Shown one piece after another: positions 12,452 to 25,016 of a stretch of 64,000 nt of DNA. This stretch comes from Lophium mytilinum (taxonomy: Eukaryota). Within the stretch, counting starts at the first letter, position 1. The number at the start of each line of letters is the position of its first letter. The DNA lies in the NCBI GenBank assembly GCA_010093605.1, contig MU004195.1, positions 248,001 to 312,000 on the forward strand. Reading direction: 5' to 3'. A program made the position numbers and the translations under genes. The notes beneath the pieces are model-generated. The model was not told the DNA's origin and did not search any database. It was given only the letters and a program-made list of their open reading frames with translations.

Positions 12452-12953
12452 GTTTGTTGGAGGTCGACAACGTTGTCGCGTAGATGCTATATCAAGATAA
12501 GTTGTAAGAGTATACCTTATTATTTTATACTTCACTCCTTTTGGCCCCCCAGACAATCCTATTTGAGAATTACAAACCAAAAGCGGATGCGGAAGCATTG
12601 CGGCTGGGTCCCATCGCATTTACCGAATATTCCCACTTCCGAAAAGCCTCAATTCGGACCCACGCGTCTCGCCCATCCGAAGCTTGAAGTCGCCTCCACG
12701 AATGTTAGGGCTGAATATACCACGCATCTTGGCACTGTTCGCATGCTTCAGACGATCGCGGAGGTTTTTGTAAGCAGGCATGTGGATACCGGTGCGCCGG
12801 GAAGAACCTAGCCGTGAGAGCTGGCACATGGAGACGAGGCAGCCTCGTCGGGAATGAGACCAGGGCTTTTCATTTCTAAGCTGACCAACTCTTCGACTAC
12901 CCCAGTCCTTCAACTCATACTCACAGACGGATAGACTGGCGAAAGCTTTCGAA

Positions 12954-14207
12954 TCACGGCTTCACGAAGTCTGCCCCTGCCACCAATCCAGGCACTTTCT
13001 CGAAGAACATAGTCCTCGACTTCTCCAACCACACCACCCAGCTCGGCACTCTCCACCCGTAGAACACGCCCACGCCGCCCTCTGGCCCGATGGGCATGAC
13101 CTGCCGTTCAGACTCAACGTGTTTGAACGTGCGTTCCTTCAAGACCGGCGGCATCGTAGTTCCCGCTCGCTTGCCGTGCTTTTCCTGCGCCGCGACAGCA
13201 AGTACGTGCAGATCGAACCATACCGAGTAGCAAAGTGGCGCCACAGCTTCTTTCGCGTCGAAGATGTTCCCACACGAGTACGACGCAACGTCTCCGATGG
13301 CATAGACTCCCACTGGAGCATCGAGAACGCGGAGGGTTGTCGTATTTGTAGCAACACGAAGCCGCGAGTCCAGCCATGCTTTCGGCAGGAAGCAAGTGTT
13401 CGGTCGACCGCCCGTGGCATCGATGACAAGGTCGAACTCCTCGGTGTTCCCGTCGCTGAACTCCAGAACCGTTTTGCTGTTCGCAGTCTCCTTGGAAGAG
13501 AGGATTTTCATTCCGTGAATGGTGATCACGTTGAGGGCCTCGAGTTGCTTCTCCGCCTCTGCACTGACGCCGGTGTGCTTTAGGTTGGAGAGGAGACGAG
13601 TTGTGCTCGATAGAAGAATGATGTCTTTGTCTTTGTAGCGGTATGCAATCTCCCCGGCGGTTTCGACTCCAGATGCTCCGCCACCCACAATGGCAATCCG
13701 CTGGGCTTTTGGAAGACGAGTGTGTAGGTCCTGAAATGCGTCTCTGGTAATGGTGTAGTCTCCGTGGAGCGTCCACAGAGGGCTCTGGCTCGTAGTCCCA
13801 GTAGCGATAATCAGAGAAGCGTATTTCAACCCACTAACTGACTCTTTCCTAGGCTTCTTCACCATCACCCTCATGTCGAACTCATCGATGCCGACTGCCT
13901 CGCCTTGGACGAACGTGAAGAGGTCTGGGTCATAGTCTTTGAAAGCCTCTGGAATTGATCGAAATGACTGATCCAGTGGGACGGCTTGGGCAGAGGTGAG
14001 AGCTCGCGGAGCTCCGACTTTGAAGAAGAAGTGAGTGGATGGTGAGACGAGTGTAACTGTGTAGGTGCCGACACCCATTGAGTTGAGCGGCGGTAGAACG
14101 TGGCGGAGGAGGTAGTGAGCAGTGGGGATGCCAGCGAAGTTAGCCCCGAGCACGACTATGTTATGGATATCGACGCTGGGAGGTACTGTGATACGGAGTG
14201 AAGACAT
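12954..14207 (-). CDS. AIF/AMID-like FAD/NAD(P)H-dependent oxidoreductase
   Basis: NIVVLGANFAG, LIIATG, IAIVGGGASGVETAGEI, VYAIGDV, PIGPEGGVG; start may be 14207 or 14279. Confidence 0.85.
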   Translation of the reverse strand: MSSLRITVPPSVDIHNIVVLGANFAGIPTAHYLLRHVLPPLNSMGVGTYTVTLVSPSTHFFFKVGAPRALTSAQAVPLDQSFRSIPEAFKDYDPDLFTFVQGEAVGIDEFDMRVMVKKPRKESVSGLKYASLIIATGTTSQSPLWTLHGDYTITRDAFQDLHTRLPKAQRIAIVGGGASGVETAGEIAYRYKDKDIILLSSTTRLLSNLKHTGVSAEAEKQLEALNVITIHGMKILSSKETANSKTVLEFSDGNTEEFDLVIDATGGRPNTCFLPKAWLDSRLRVATNTTTLRVLDAPVGVYAIGDVASYSCGNIFDAKEAVAPLCYSVWFDLHVLAVAAQEKHGKRAGTTMPPVLKERTFKHVESERQVMPIGPEGGVGVFYGWRVPSWVVWLEKSRTMFFEKVPGLVAGADFVKP

Positions 14208-14868
14208 GGTTGTTGTGGTAGATGTGGCTGGTCTAGGAGCTTGGTGAAGGGATGTACGACTTCGAAGCGCAGCTTCCATTTAGGGAGTTTAACTGACTAA
14301 GTGAGAGGTCAAGCAAGGCAACTACGATCAGCCAATCGAAGCCTCTGAGATAGGTAATGATTTAATCTACCTATCAGGATCGGTTTGGAGTATTTTCAAA
14401 TCTACACGTTTAAATAGGAACTGAGCTCGAAGCGGCAGACCAGTTCGATTGAGTCGAGCAAGGAGGACCTTTCAGTCTCTCCTCTACTCATTCATTCTGA
14501 ATGTATCTCTTTATCCTCTTACCAGGGACAAAGCTTACACTCGAGCATATCTCTTAGTATAGGGTCTCATGTAGTTAGTCAATGTTATATCAGAGTGTCC
14601 TTGCTCCTTTTTTATGCATACATCACGTGATCGGCCACCATATTGTCTTCCCATTGCAAGAGGAACGCAAAAAGATCATACACTCAACACCAGAAAGTTT
14701 CTTGATGTTCATGTTCATGAATCTAGATTATTTTGATAGAAATGAACTTTGGATCTGAGCATTTAGATTATTCTAGCTTAGCGCGATGTTTTCTACGCGC
14801 ATCTGAGCACGACCGCGTTCCCCGATTTCTACTCCGTAACAGCAAACACTCAATTTTCCACCAACGCG

Positions 14869-17340
14869 ATGTCTAACGAGCATCAGCCTTTGCCTCGTGG
14901 CAAGTCTGTACCGACTTACAATGTGAAAATACTCGCAGGTACTTCGCTCCACACGCCGACCAAGTATCTGCAGAAACACCTCCCGACTGTTTCGCGATCT
15001 GCTGTTCCCTCACGCGTCTCATCCCCGCTCAACAGCCAATTGAGCACCAACACAATGCCTAGCGAAGGGAAAACACGGTCTCGTGGGTCCTCTCGGAAGC
15101 CTCGCAAGGTCATATCGACTTTCAACCCGAGCGTACTCTCAGGCCCTCCCCGATCCGTTATCGCATCATCTCCCGCAACGAAGGAACAATCTGAAGGACT
15201 CGAACCTACCGCCAAACGGAGGAAAATAGTAAACGAACTAAAGTCCGTCGGAGACCTACCTCGCGCCTCTGCATCACGAGTACCCTCCGAAGGCGTGTCA
15301 CAATCCGATAGCACGGAAAAGTACAGGCCGTATGGCTGCACAGTTTGTGGGAAACGCTACACTAGCACCTACGGCCTGGAGAACCATCTGCAGCGTACGC
15401 CGGACTGCATCAACGGACCACAAGAGCGGTTCCATTGCAAGTTGTGCGGAAAGCACTACAAGAACCCCGCAGGACTCATGTCCCACCACAATACAGCGCC
15501 GAACTGCAACGCTGGACCTCAAGTGCTCACGGACAACTCCGCTGGCAGGAAGAAGGGCGAGCCATTTCGGTGTGAGATCTGTCGCAAAGCCTTCGCGTCG
15601 AACACGGGCCTCAGGTACCACCGCCAATTCGCTGTGACGAAATGCAGACGTAGCGAAGCTGCGGGTTTGGCTGTTGGGAGCGACATGGGGAAGAAGTACC
15701 GCTGTGGAAGCTGCGGAAAAAGCTATAAGAACCGCGAGGGCCTCAAGTATCATCTCCGGGACGCGGCGGTAAAATGCACGGTGTCCACGACTACCCCTGG
15801 ACACTTTGAGCCAGGAGCTTTCCCCATCGCTGTTCCTGAGCACTCCACGTACCTCCGCAATGCTTTTCGCGAGCTCACCACGAAGACTGGCTCGGAACAG
15901 GAACAGGCCATGGCGGGGGTGCAGTACTGCTTGGAGTCGCTGGATGTCAAGATTCAGAGAGTTTGGGGAGGTTTGATCAAGAAAGCAGAGGAGTACGATA
16001 CGGGAACTGGGGCTGAGGAAGATAAAGAGAATGACCCTTGTGAGGACACAGCTGATTTGGATGAAACGGAATTCTTCAGCGATGCAGAGGCACACGATGC
16101 CGTAATGGGGGCCCAGGAGTGGACGGAGAATGATGACATGGAGGATGTCAATGGTGTGAATTCGTCGAACCCCTACACGAATAGAAGAGCGCGCGGAGAT
16201 GACGAGGCGAGAGCAGAGGAGTTGAATTCACCAACCGGCTTATTACCACATTGGGCCACCCCAAGAGGCATTTTCAATCTTCTCGGAACGATGGGACGGA
16301 AAGAGACAAGTGACCACACAAGCACGAAGCCAATCTCTCAGGGAGACGCTTTGCGCGCACAGGCAGATGCAATGCATCCAGCCAGTAGATGGAGGATCTA
16401 TGGTGGACCTATTACGACTGAAGACCCACTACTGAGACGCATGAAGAAAGATGAATCAATGTCATCGAAGAAGCGCAAGAGGAGCGATGCCACTTTGACG
16501 GACTCCCCCGCCTCGAAACGCCTAGATGTAGCTACACCAGTCTCTCCGACTAAAGAAGACATTTCCACAGCCTTGAAGCCAGAACGTCCGTGTGTGGCAC
16601 TGGAAGAGGAATTGGATTCGTCGAAAAAGAAACTGGCACCCGCGGTTAGTGATCCAGGCACAGGATCAAGATCCGGGTGGGAGCCGTGGGACACCACCGA
16701 GCCCGACAACAGTGCGAAGCCTGAAAAAGAAGATGCTCCGTCTTTAGCAGACTCTACAACGCAGACAAAAACTCCTTGGCTCTTGCCAGAGGAAATAGAC
16801 TTCTCTCCCATGCCCGTCACAATACCAACCCTCGTTGCCAGCCTATCTAAAGCTCGCAAAACAGAGTTCTGGCAAGATCGCGAACAAATAATGAAAGAGA
16901 AAACCGAGCGAGACCAGACCCTCCAACTCGCAGAAGCGAACAAAGACAGCCTGTCCTCATCTCAATCGAGGCTTAGAGCAGTTGGCCCAGCCAGACACAC
17001 CTTCGCGAGCGGAGAGAATATCCCCGTGAAGGGCCGCAACGGCGGCAAGGCCTATAACTGGTCCGGCGCCGAGTACCTCGCATGGAGTAGCATGAAGACA
17101 CGGCGGGAGTACGGGTTCTTCCACGAGGACTTTATTAGCAATTGGCGGGCGGATCAGTTCCGGTTGAAGCATCCTCCGATTGCGGACTTTGAGGCTTCGA
17201 GGGTGTATTACAACGCGTGGAAGGCGGGCCTCTCGCTCGAGGAGATCAAGGCGAAGAGAATGGAGTATGAGACTGTGGCGGCTAGGAAGGAACGCGGGTA
17301 TAACTTGACATTCGAAGATATGGAAGCGGTGGGGTGGTAA
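14869..17340 (+). CDS. Zinc-finger protein with four C2H2-fold fingers, each ending in Cys
   Basis: 823-aa ORF; CTVCGKRY..GLENH, CKLCGKHY..GLMSH, CEICRKAF..GLRYH, CGSCGKSY..GLKYH; basic NLS-like segments. Confidence 0.8.
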   Translation: MSNEHQPLPRGKSVPTYNVKILAGTSLHTPTKYLQKHLPTVSRSAVPSRVSSPLNSQLSTNTMPSEGKTRSRGSSRKPRKVISTFNPSVLSGPPRSVIASSPATKEQSEGLEPTAKRRKIVNELKSVGDLPRASASRVPSEGVSQSDSTEKYRPYGCTVCGKRYTSTYGLENHLQRTPDCINGPQERFHCKLCGKHYKNPAGLMSHHNTAPNCNAGPQVLTDNSAGRKKGEPFRCEICRKAFASNTGLRYHRQFAVTKCRRSEAAGLAVGSDMGKKYRCGSCGKSYKNREGLKYHLRDAAVKCTVSTTTPGHFEPGAFPIAVPEHSTYLRNAFRELTTKTGSEQEQAMAGVQYCLESLDVKIQRVWGGLIKKAEEYDTGTGAEEDKENDPCEDTADLDETEFFSDAEAHDAVMGAQEWTENDDMEDVNGVNSSNPYTNRRARGDDEARAEELNSPTGLLPHWATPRGIFNLLGTMGRKETSDHTSTKPISQGDALRAQADAMHPASRWRIYGGPITTEDPLLRRMKKDESMSSKKRKRSDATLTDSPASKRLDVATPVSPTKEDISTALKPERPCVALEEELDSSKKKLAPAVSDPGTGSRSGWEPWDTTEPDNSAKPEKEDAPSLADSTTQTKTPWLLPEEIDFSPMPVTIPTLVASLSKARKTEFWQDREQIMKEKTERDQTLQLAEANKDSLSSSQSRLRAVGPARHTFASGENIPVKGRNGGKAYNWSGAEYLAWSSMKTRREYGFFHEDFISNWRADQFRLKHPPIADFEASRVYYNAWKAGLSLEEIKAKRMEYETVAARKERGYNLTFEDMEAVGW

Positions 17341-17694
17341 GCTAGTAGTGCTCTCATAAATCAACTAATTCAAGATCTCAACGTTTCGTAGTGGAGGACT
17401 GCTGGCTGGCTGGAATCCTCTTCGTAAAGCGATGTCTGAACCCTCAATTACATCCTATTATCACTGTTAAAAGCCAAGCATACCCGCTATCCTGTTGCGT
17501 GAGCGACGCTTCGACAACCCCTGTACCACTGTCTGGAGTAACTCAGCTAAGTGGTGGTCGGTTAGTCAAAAGGTAGTGTAATTCCCACTGCATTAACCGT
17601 TACATCATGTCTAGAATCTTAATAGTCTGCGGGGGCACCCCAAGCAGTTGCAAGAACATATTTACACCCCCTAACGCACCAAACTCCCACCCCA

Positions 17695-19657
17695 TCACGA
17701 CCTCCCCCACCTCTTCCAAAACTTCCACCCAGCGCTCTTCTCTCCCCCAGCACCCCTCTGCCCCCGCTGACCCCTGCCTTTACCCTTCCGCCCTACCCAC
17801 GCAAACCAGATCAGCAGCCCCGCCGCCATAAACGCCACCACGAGCAGCGTCTGCACCGGCTCCGCGAACACCGCTCTGCTCAACAAGAACAAGCTCACGC
17901 AGCAAAAGATAATCGGTGTCGTGATCCACGTCTTGTACGGCCTCTCAAGCGTCGGTTCGCGCACGCGCAATATAATCAGCCCGAGGACGGTGAGGAAGTA
18001 GAAGGTATAGCCGGCGACGCCGTAGAAGGTGAGCAGGGTGTCGAAGGAGCCGATGACGACGTAGACGGCGGTCAGGGCGGCGTTGAGCAGCATAGCGCTG
18101 ATAGGCGTGAAGAAGAAGCCGGCGTCCGGGTCGGCGAACCATTTCACGAGGAGTTTGGGAACGCGGCTGGCTTTTGAGGAGGAGGCGGCATTGAGGCGGA
18201 TGGCGCGGTGGGATTTGCCAAGCCCGATGGTGCCGAATATGGCGGGGAGGTAGCCTTCTTTGCCTGCGGCGTAGACGAGGCGGCCCGAGGTGAAGGTGGT
18301 GGCGTTGAGGGCGCCGAAGCAGGAGCCTGAGACGAAGAGGGCGAGGATGAGGGAGCCGAGAGGGCCGAAGACTTGGGAGCCGAAGGCTACGGCGACGGTG
18401 TTGGAGGAGTCGATGATGGAGAGGGGGAGGACGAGGAAGTAGGCGGTGTTGGCTAGGAGGTAGGATATTATCACTAGGGGGAGGGAGGTATGAATGACGC
18501 GGGGGAGGTCGCGGGTTGGGTTTTTGAACTCTGCTGTCACGTAGTTGACCTGGAAGCAATCAGTATGATGGTTTAGATAGTGGGTATAAGGATAGAATGA
18601 AGTCAAATATAGTAGAACTTACATTATCCCAGCCGTCAAACGCCCATAAACCTGCATACAACGCTACAGCCCAATTCGATATATTAGTTTCCGTTCCCTC
18701 AAACCAGCCCTTTTTTTTCCAGTCATCGCTTGCATGTCCTTTGTACGAAAATCCGGTAATCGCAACGACAATGCCCGTTATTGTAACGCCAAGCAATGCA
18801 ATGAACTTCATAAACATGAACACATCCGCGCTCCTCGTTCCAAGTTTCGTAGAGACGCAATTCAGGAGGGTGACAAGCACCAAGCCTGCCAGGGCTACTC
18901 CTTTATTCAGCCAGTCGCTGGCATCGGCGGCCTCTGCGCCGATGGCTGCCCGAACGCAGTATTCGCCGAAGATTATGGCGATGATAGCTGCAGATCCGGG
19001 CTTTAAAACGCATACTGCGCACCAGGTGAATAGGAAACCTGCCCATTCACCGAAAATCTTGGAGAGATAGACCTGTGCTCCACCGTTCAATGGGATGGCG
19101 CCCCCCAACTCAGCATAACTGGCGGCGCCCGTCCATGCGAGTACTCCAGCCACCACCCACACAATGAGAGATGCTCCGGGCGATCCAGCATTTTTGTTGA
19201 CCTGGCTTGGAGATGAAAAGATGCCTGAACCTATTATCAAGCCTACTACAAGCGACAGGCCGTTTAGAAACGTCAACGACTTGTTCTTCTCCAATGATCC
19301 CCCATTCAGCACCTGAGTAGGATCGAGGGCCGTATTCGACGGCGCGCCGAGCGCTGTATATCCTTGGGCGGTCGAGGATAGAGGAAACAGGTTCGAGGCG
19401 AAGTCGAAGGCGGAGGAGACGGAGTAGGAGCGGTTGCGATGGCCGGGGCGCTCGCCGCCAGCTGGGTTCAACTCGGAGAGGGGATCTTCATCGTCAAAAG
19501 ACAGCCTCCGCGACGATGGGGTCCCAGAGGCGGAGGATTCCAGAGAAGTTCGATGGGAGGGCGTATGCGACGAGGACGCAAGGGAGGCAAGCTCGAGAGA
19601 GTCCCGGGGAGGGTGTGCGGAGGTGGTTTGGAGGTTTGAATAACCGGCGGAAGACAT
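17695..19657 (-). CDS. APC-superfamily amino acid permease (LAT/y+L type); intron 18550-18622
   Basis: GLIIGSGIFSSP, YAELGGAIPLNGG, LWAFDGWDN|VNYVTAEFKNP, RVREPTLERPYK. Confidence 0.92.
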
Positions 19658-19985
19658 GCTAAGAGTGCTACCTGAGTCGCGGTGCGGACGCAGCCATCAC
19701 CAGTGGCGCGGATAGAGGAGAGTATAAGGCGAGGGGAATTCAAACCCCTATCTGCAGTTTACGGGGCGCGGTGAAGGGAAGGGTGAAGGTTGATGGGTCC
19801 TCGACATCTCCGCGTTTATTACCAGCATCGCTTTCGGTTTAGGCTGGGACGATCGCTTGGCACAGAAGCTTGACCTCACGAATATAATTTCACCAACTGC
19901 AGTCCTTCGATAATCCTGATACGATGCTACTAATTGCTCGCTATGCCCGCCGATGCAGGTAATAGGCAGCTGCAGTTTCCTCTCG

Positions 19986-22900
19986 ATGCGCTGGGGATGC
20001 TCTCGGCGGCCCGTCCGCCCTCTCGCTCTCTACACTCTCCGCCGGTCCTATGCCGCCACCACCAACCCAGGCAACGAGAGCCTTAAAGACCATTTTGGGG
20101 CCATTGACGCAAAATGGCAGGCTAGATGGCAGCAGCCACAGCACCAGCCTTCTCCGGTGAAGGATGTGAAAAAGGGCAAGGCGTACATCCTGCCTATGTT
20201 TCCATATCCCTCTGGGAATTTACATCTGGGCCACCTCCGCGTCTACACGATCTCTGATGTCCTTGCGCGGTTTAAGCAGATGCAAGGCTATGATGTTATA
20301 CACCCAATCGGTTGGGATGCCTTTGGGCTACCGGCAGAAAATGCAGCTATCGAACGGGGTGTCAGTCCGGCTTTATGGACGCTGCAGAACATTGCCAGCA
20401 TGAAAAAGCAGATGAAGGTCATGGGAGGGCGTTGGGATTGGGATAGGGTAAGCTTCGGGGCTCGAGGAGGGCGTCACCTTTGTAAACCATTATCATAGTG
20501 CTAATGCTATTATACTGTTAGGAAATATTAACCTGCGATCCGTCCTTCTATAAACACACCCAGAAACTGTTCCTCCTGCTGCACGAGAGAGGCCTCGCAT
20601 ACCAAGCAGAATCTATGGTTAACTTTGACCCTGTTGACAAGACTGTTCTTGCCAATGAACAGGTTGATGCCAATGGCTGCTCGTGGAGATCGGGCGCGAA
20701 AGTCCAGAAAATCATGTTAAAGCAGTGGTTCCTGAAGATCAAGGAATTCCAACAACCACTTCTAGACGATCTCGAAGTTCTCGCAAAGGGCAACAAGTGG
20801 CCGGAGCGAGTCCTAACTATGCAGAAACACTGGCTTGGGAAATCCGAGGGCGCTAAAATCAGATTTCAGCTCGAAAACACGGATGGCACCCGTAGTTGGC
20901 CGGAAGTGGAAGTCTACACAACACGGATAGACACTCTCTTCGGCGCCCAATACCTCGCACTGTCCACAAGCCATCCAATTGTTACCAAGCTAGCGGAGAC
21001 GCACAAACAACTTCACGATTTTGTGCAGGGGGCGCGTAAGCTTCCATCAGACTCTAAAGATGGCTACAAGCTACCCGAAATCAGGGCGAAGAATCCTTTA
21101 TTTTCCGCAGGTCTGGTCGGTTTGGAGAATGTGCCAGAATGGATTCCAGTATACACTGCGCCTTACGTTCTCGACCATTACGGTTCTGGGGCCGTCATGG
21201 GTATTCCAGGGCACGACACACGTGATAATGACTTTCGGCAAGAAAACACTCACTCACCAGCAAACGTTAAGATAGTGGTGACAGCAGAAAAAGGCGCTTC
21301 ATCGAAACAGACTGTAGATACAACGTCTGCGGCGTCCAAAGTTGACACAGCCAAGCCGTTCACGAACAAGGGCTATGTCACAGAAGGCTTTGGGAAGTTC
21401 AGTGGCATGGCATCAGATGAAGCGAGCGATGTAATCATTGAGGCTCTTCGAACAAACAATGTCTTCGCAGAGAAAGCCGAAAATTGGCGCCTACGGGACT
21501 GGCTCATCAGTCGGCAGCGATATTGGGGAACTCCGATTCCAATCATCCATTGCGATACCTGTGGCCCCGTTCCCGTGCCGGATTCCGACTTACCCATTGA
21601 GCTTCCTGCTCTTGCAGACGAGTATTTCATTGGAAAGGCTGGGAACCCTCTCCAGAATATCCAAGGCTGGAAAAATACAGCATGTCCCAAATGTAATGCC
21701 CCAGCCGAACGTGAGACTGATACCATGGATACATTTATGGACTCATCGTGGTACTTTATGCGCTTTCTCGACCCTGCAAACACAGCTGCTCCTATTTCTT
21801 CGCAAAAGGCTGATGCTGGACTGCCGGTCGACGTCTATGTTGGAGGCGTAGAGCATGCTATTCTTCATCTTCTTTACGCAAGGTTCATCTCAAAATTTCT
21901 CGCAACTACCCCGTTATGGCCGAGCGGCGGTGGGTCGGAGAACAGGGCTGAGCCGTTCAAGCAGCTTATAACACAAGGCATGGTACATGGGAAAACATAC
22001 TCCGATCCTTCCAATGGCCGCTTTCTACGCCCTAATGAAGTTGACTTTACGGACTCGCGTGGCCCTAGAATCAAGTCTAGCGGACTCGAACCCGTAGTCA
22101 GCTACGAGAAAATGTCTAAGAGCAAATACAATGGCGTCGACCCGGGCGAAACCATTGCCACACATGGCGCTGATGCAACTCGAGCGCACATGCTTTTTCA
22201 AGCCCCAGTCAGTGAAGTGCTGGAATGGAACCCAAATAGCATTTCCGGAATCAAGCGCTGGTTTACTCGCATTCTGCGCCTGTCTGCAGGACCTTGGATA
22301 CCGACAACAATATTGGAAAACGGTTTTATACCGCCAAAGGACCAGGATACTAGTCTTCTCGAAATCCTTAAGCGCTTCCACCCCTCCGATAAGCCAGCCG
22401 ATCCCAGGTCACGAGAGCTAACACCAGATGAGAGTCTGGTTCAAGCACTCACCCCCAAGGAAGTCGAGCTATGGCTCAAAACCCAAAGCACCATCGCTAG
22501 CGTCACCGACTCCTACTCCAACACCCACGCCCTCAACACCGTCGTCTCTGACCTCATGTCTCTCACCAACCGCCTTTGGGACACGCAAAGCCTCTACAAT
22601 AGTGGTTCTCAGCTGAGCTGTACACTCCGGTACCTCTCCTTCACCTCCCTCCTCCGCATGCTCGCCCCCATCGCCCCCGCCTTCGCCGAAGAGTGCTGGG
22701 AGCGCCTCCACGAAGTCGTCGCGCGGAAGCAAGTCGACCAGGTCGACCACCCGCTCCACGCACCGGAACCCACGTCGGAAATATCCTACGTGCGGTCTAT
22801 CTTCAGCTTCGGCTTCCCAATCCACGACCCGCACATCGTCAAACTCCTCAGCCCAACGCAGACATGCGCCGTCATGATCGACGGACGGTTGAAGTTTACA

Positions 22901-24250
22901 ACCGAGATCCCGATGCCCCCAGCCGATCTGACGTCTGAAGTCGATGAAGGAGGCGAAGCAAAAAGGGACAACAAAGCAGTTGTACGAGAGTGGATCCGGC
23001 AAACTGAGGAGCTACGCGGCTGGGCTGTTAGCGCTATCCGCAAGACGGAGGAGGGCGAGAAATGGTTTGGGGAGGGGGGTAAGCTGGGGTGGCCGAAGGA
23101 GGAGGATTGCGTCGGCCCTTACTGGACGGGTGTGGAGGGGATGCAGGTGGTTGTGGTAAAGAACGGGAAGACGGTCAATTTTGTAACGCCGAAGCCTGAG
23201 AAGAAGAAGAAGAAGGGGGCGGAGGGGACGGAGGCAAGTCCTGCGGCGGGTAAGCGAGAGTCTGTTGAAGAAAGCGAGTTCGAGGCTAAGGCGATACAGA
23301 CAAATAGTAGCGATGTGGGTGGGAGCGGAGAGGTGGAGGGTGCTGACGAATCCTTTGACGATATGGGAAGAAGGTTGAGCAGAAAACAACGCAGAGCGCT
23401 GATACATGCTGAAAAGCAGGCGGCGAAGATGATTGGAAAGTTACAGAAAAGGCAAGAAAAAGTACGCGACCTTGAGCGAGCTCGTCAGCAATCCTCCACA
23501 AGCAACGCTGAGCAGCTACCTGCGTCCTCCCTTCTGTCAGAAACGCCACCCCGCAACAACGGGATTGCTGGCCCTAGCGCTTCGAAACCCCCCGAAGCGC
23601 CCCGTATTCCTCGCCACACTTATGGTGCACTCGCCACAGGATTCGCGCAGCAAATCTTGGATGGATGGGCGGACTGGAAGGAGATTGACAGCCTACCTCC
23701 CGAGCTCAAGGAAAAGCTTACGAAGAGGGCTGAAGCCCAGTTGAGGAGGCGGCAAAAGAGGTTGGAACGCCAGTTGAGGGAGCGAGAGAGGGTTGCAAGG
23801 CGGGTTGCACTCGAGTTGACGAGGCCGGAGAGGCTTGTGCAGTGGCATGAAAACGAGTTGAAGAGGCGTGCTAAACAGGCTGAACTCGAGTTGAGGAAGA
23901 CTGAGATTGAGTTGGAGACGTGGGAGAAGAGGGCTGAGTTTGAGATGAGGAGGGCGCAGAGGCATGCAGCACGGCGGAGGCAAGGGCGCGAGGGATACAG
24001 AGACATGGAACTACCCGAGTTGGAGCGGAGAGCTGCACTCGAGTCAGAGAACATGGCTAAAGAGGAGTTGGAGAGGAGGGCTGAAATCGAGTTAGAGAGG
24101 AAGACTGAAGACAACTTGAAGTTGCGGGAGATGCGCCTCGGAGAAGAAGAAAAACCGTCCAGGAAGAAAATGCACTGGCTCGGACGCGGGAACGTTAGAC
24201 GACGAAAGGAGAGGGTGGAACGTGAGGCGAATTCGAAACGTGAAGAATAA
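19986..24250 (+). CDS. NAM2: Mitochondrial leucyl-tRNA synthetase; intron 20448-20521; long C-terminal extension
   Basis: [13 protein letters not shown] (HIGH motif), [47 protein letters not shown]; Arg-rich presequence; start may be 19953. Confidence 0.95.
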
Positions 24251-25016
24251 CTGGAACGGGGTCTCAGAAAAGGGTTGGCAGTGCGTCACTGTCTGGAAAA
24301 GGAATCTTTTGGGTCGAGGGTTGTGTGTAGACTCCTGTATATACCTGTGTATAGTACTTGTAGCATTAGACTTGTATAACATGGACTGTCTGGACTGATG
24401 AAAGATGCACTTCCAAGTTACTTTGCTATATGAGCAGAATAGATGGTCGGTATTGAATCTTTCTATCACATCTAGGTACTGTGTTGTCTCTAGGGTTGCT
24501 AAGACCGACCATCGGTAAGCTACCCAAGGGGCACGCATCGGCAGAGACTCTAAGATGTGGTGGCTTGAAGAGGCTAGTTGATCGTTTACCCCTACCGTGC
24601 AGAGTTTCTGAGGCCGTAGGTACCTGATAGCAGACTTTTGACATCACGTGAGATGCGAAGGAAAGAGGGAAAAAAGGTGAGAGTTGCAAGGAAGAAGAGA
24701 AGTACATGCGAGGCACTTACCAAGGAACAGGATCATCTCGCGTGATGGAGCTCGGAATCTGCCCAGGCTCAGAGTCTAGACACAAGATCAAAGTTACTAG
24801 GTTTGGATAATTGAGAGCAGGATACTTCGACTTTGTTCCCAACATTCAATGCTACGGAACAGGAACTGAAGTAGTTTCTTCTCGTAGGCCGGTGAGGATG
24901 AGAATTATACACGGGATCCAATATAGGATTACTAGTCTTCCTGACTACATACATACAACTCTAGGACATCTTACACGGTGCAGAGCTAGGGATTCCTGCT
25001 GAAAAGCTAGGTCCCA

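Noticed and set aside
11867..12811. 314-aa plus-strand ORF
   Set aside because: Antisense shadow of the GC3-rich VOC gene
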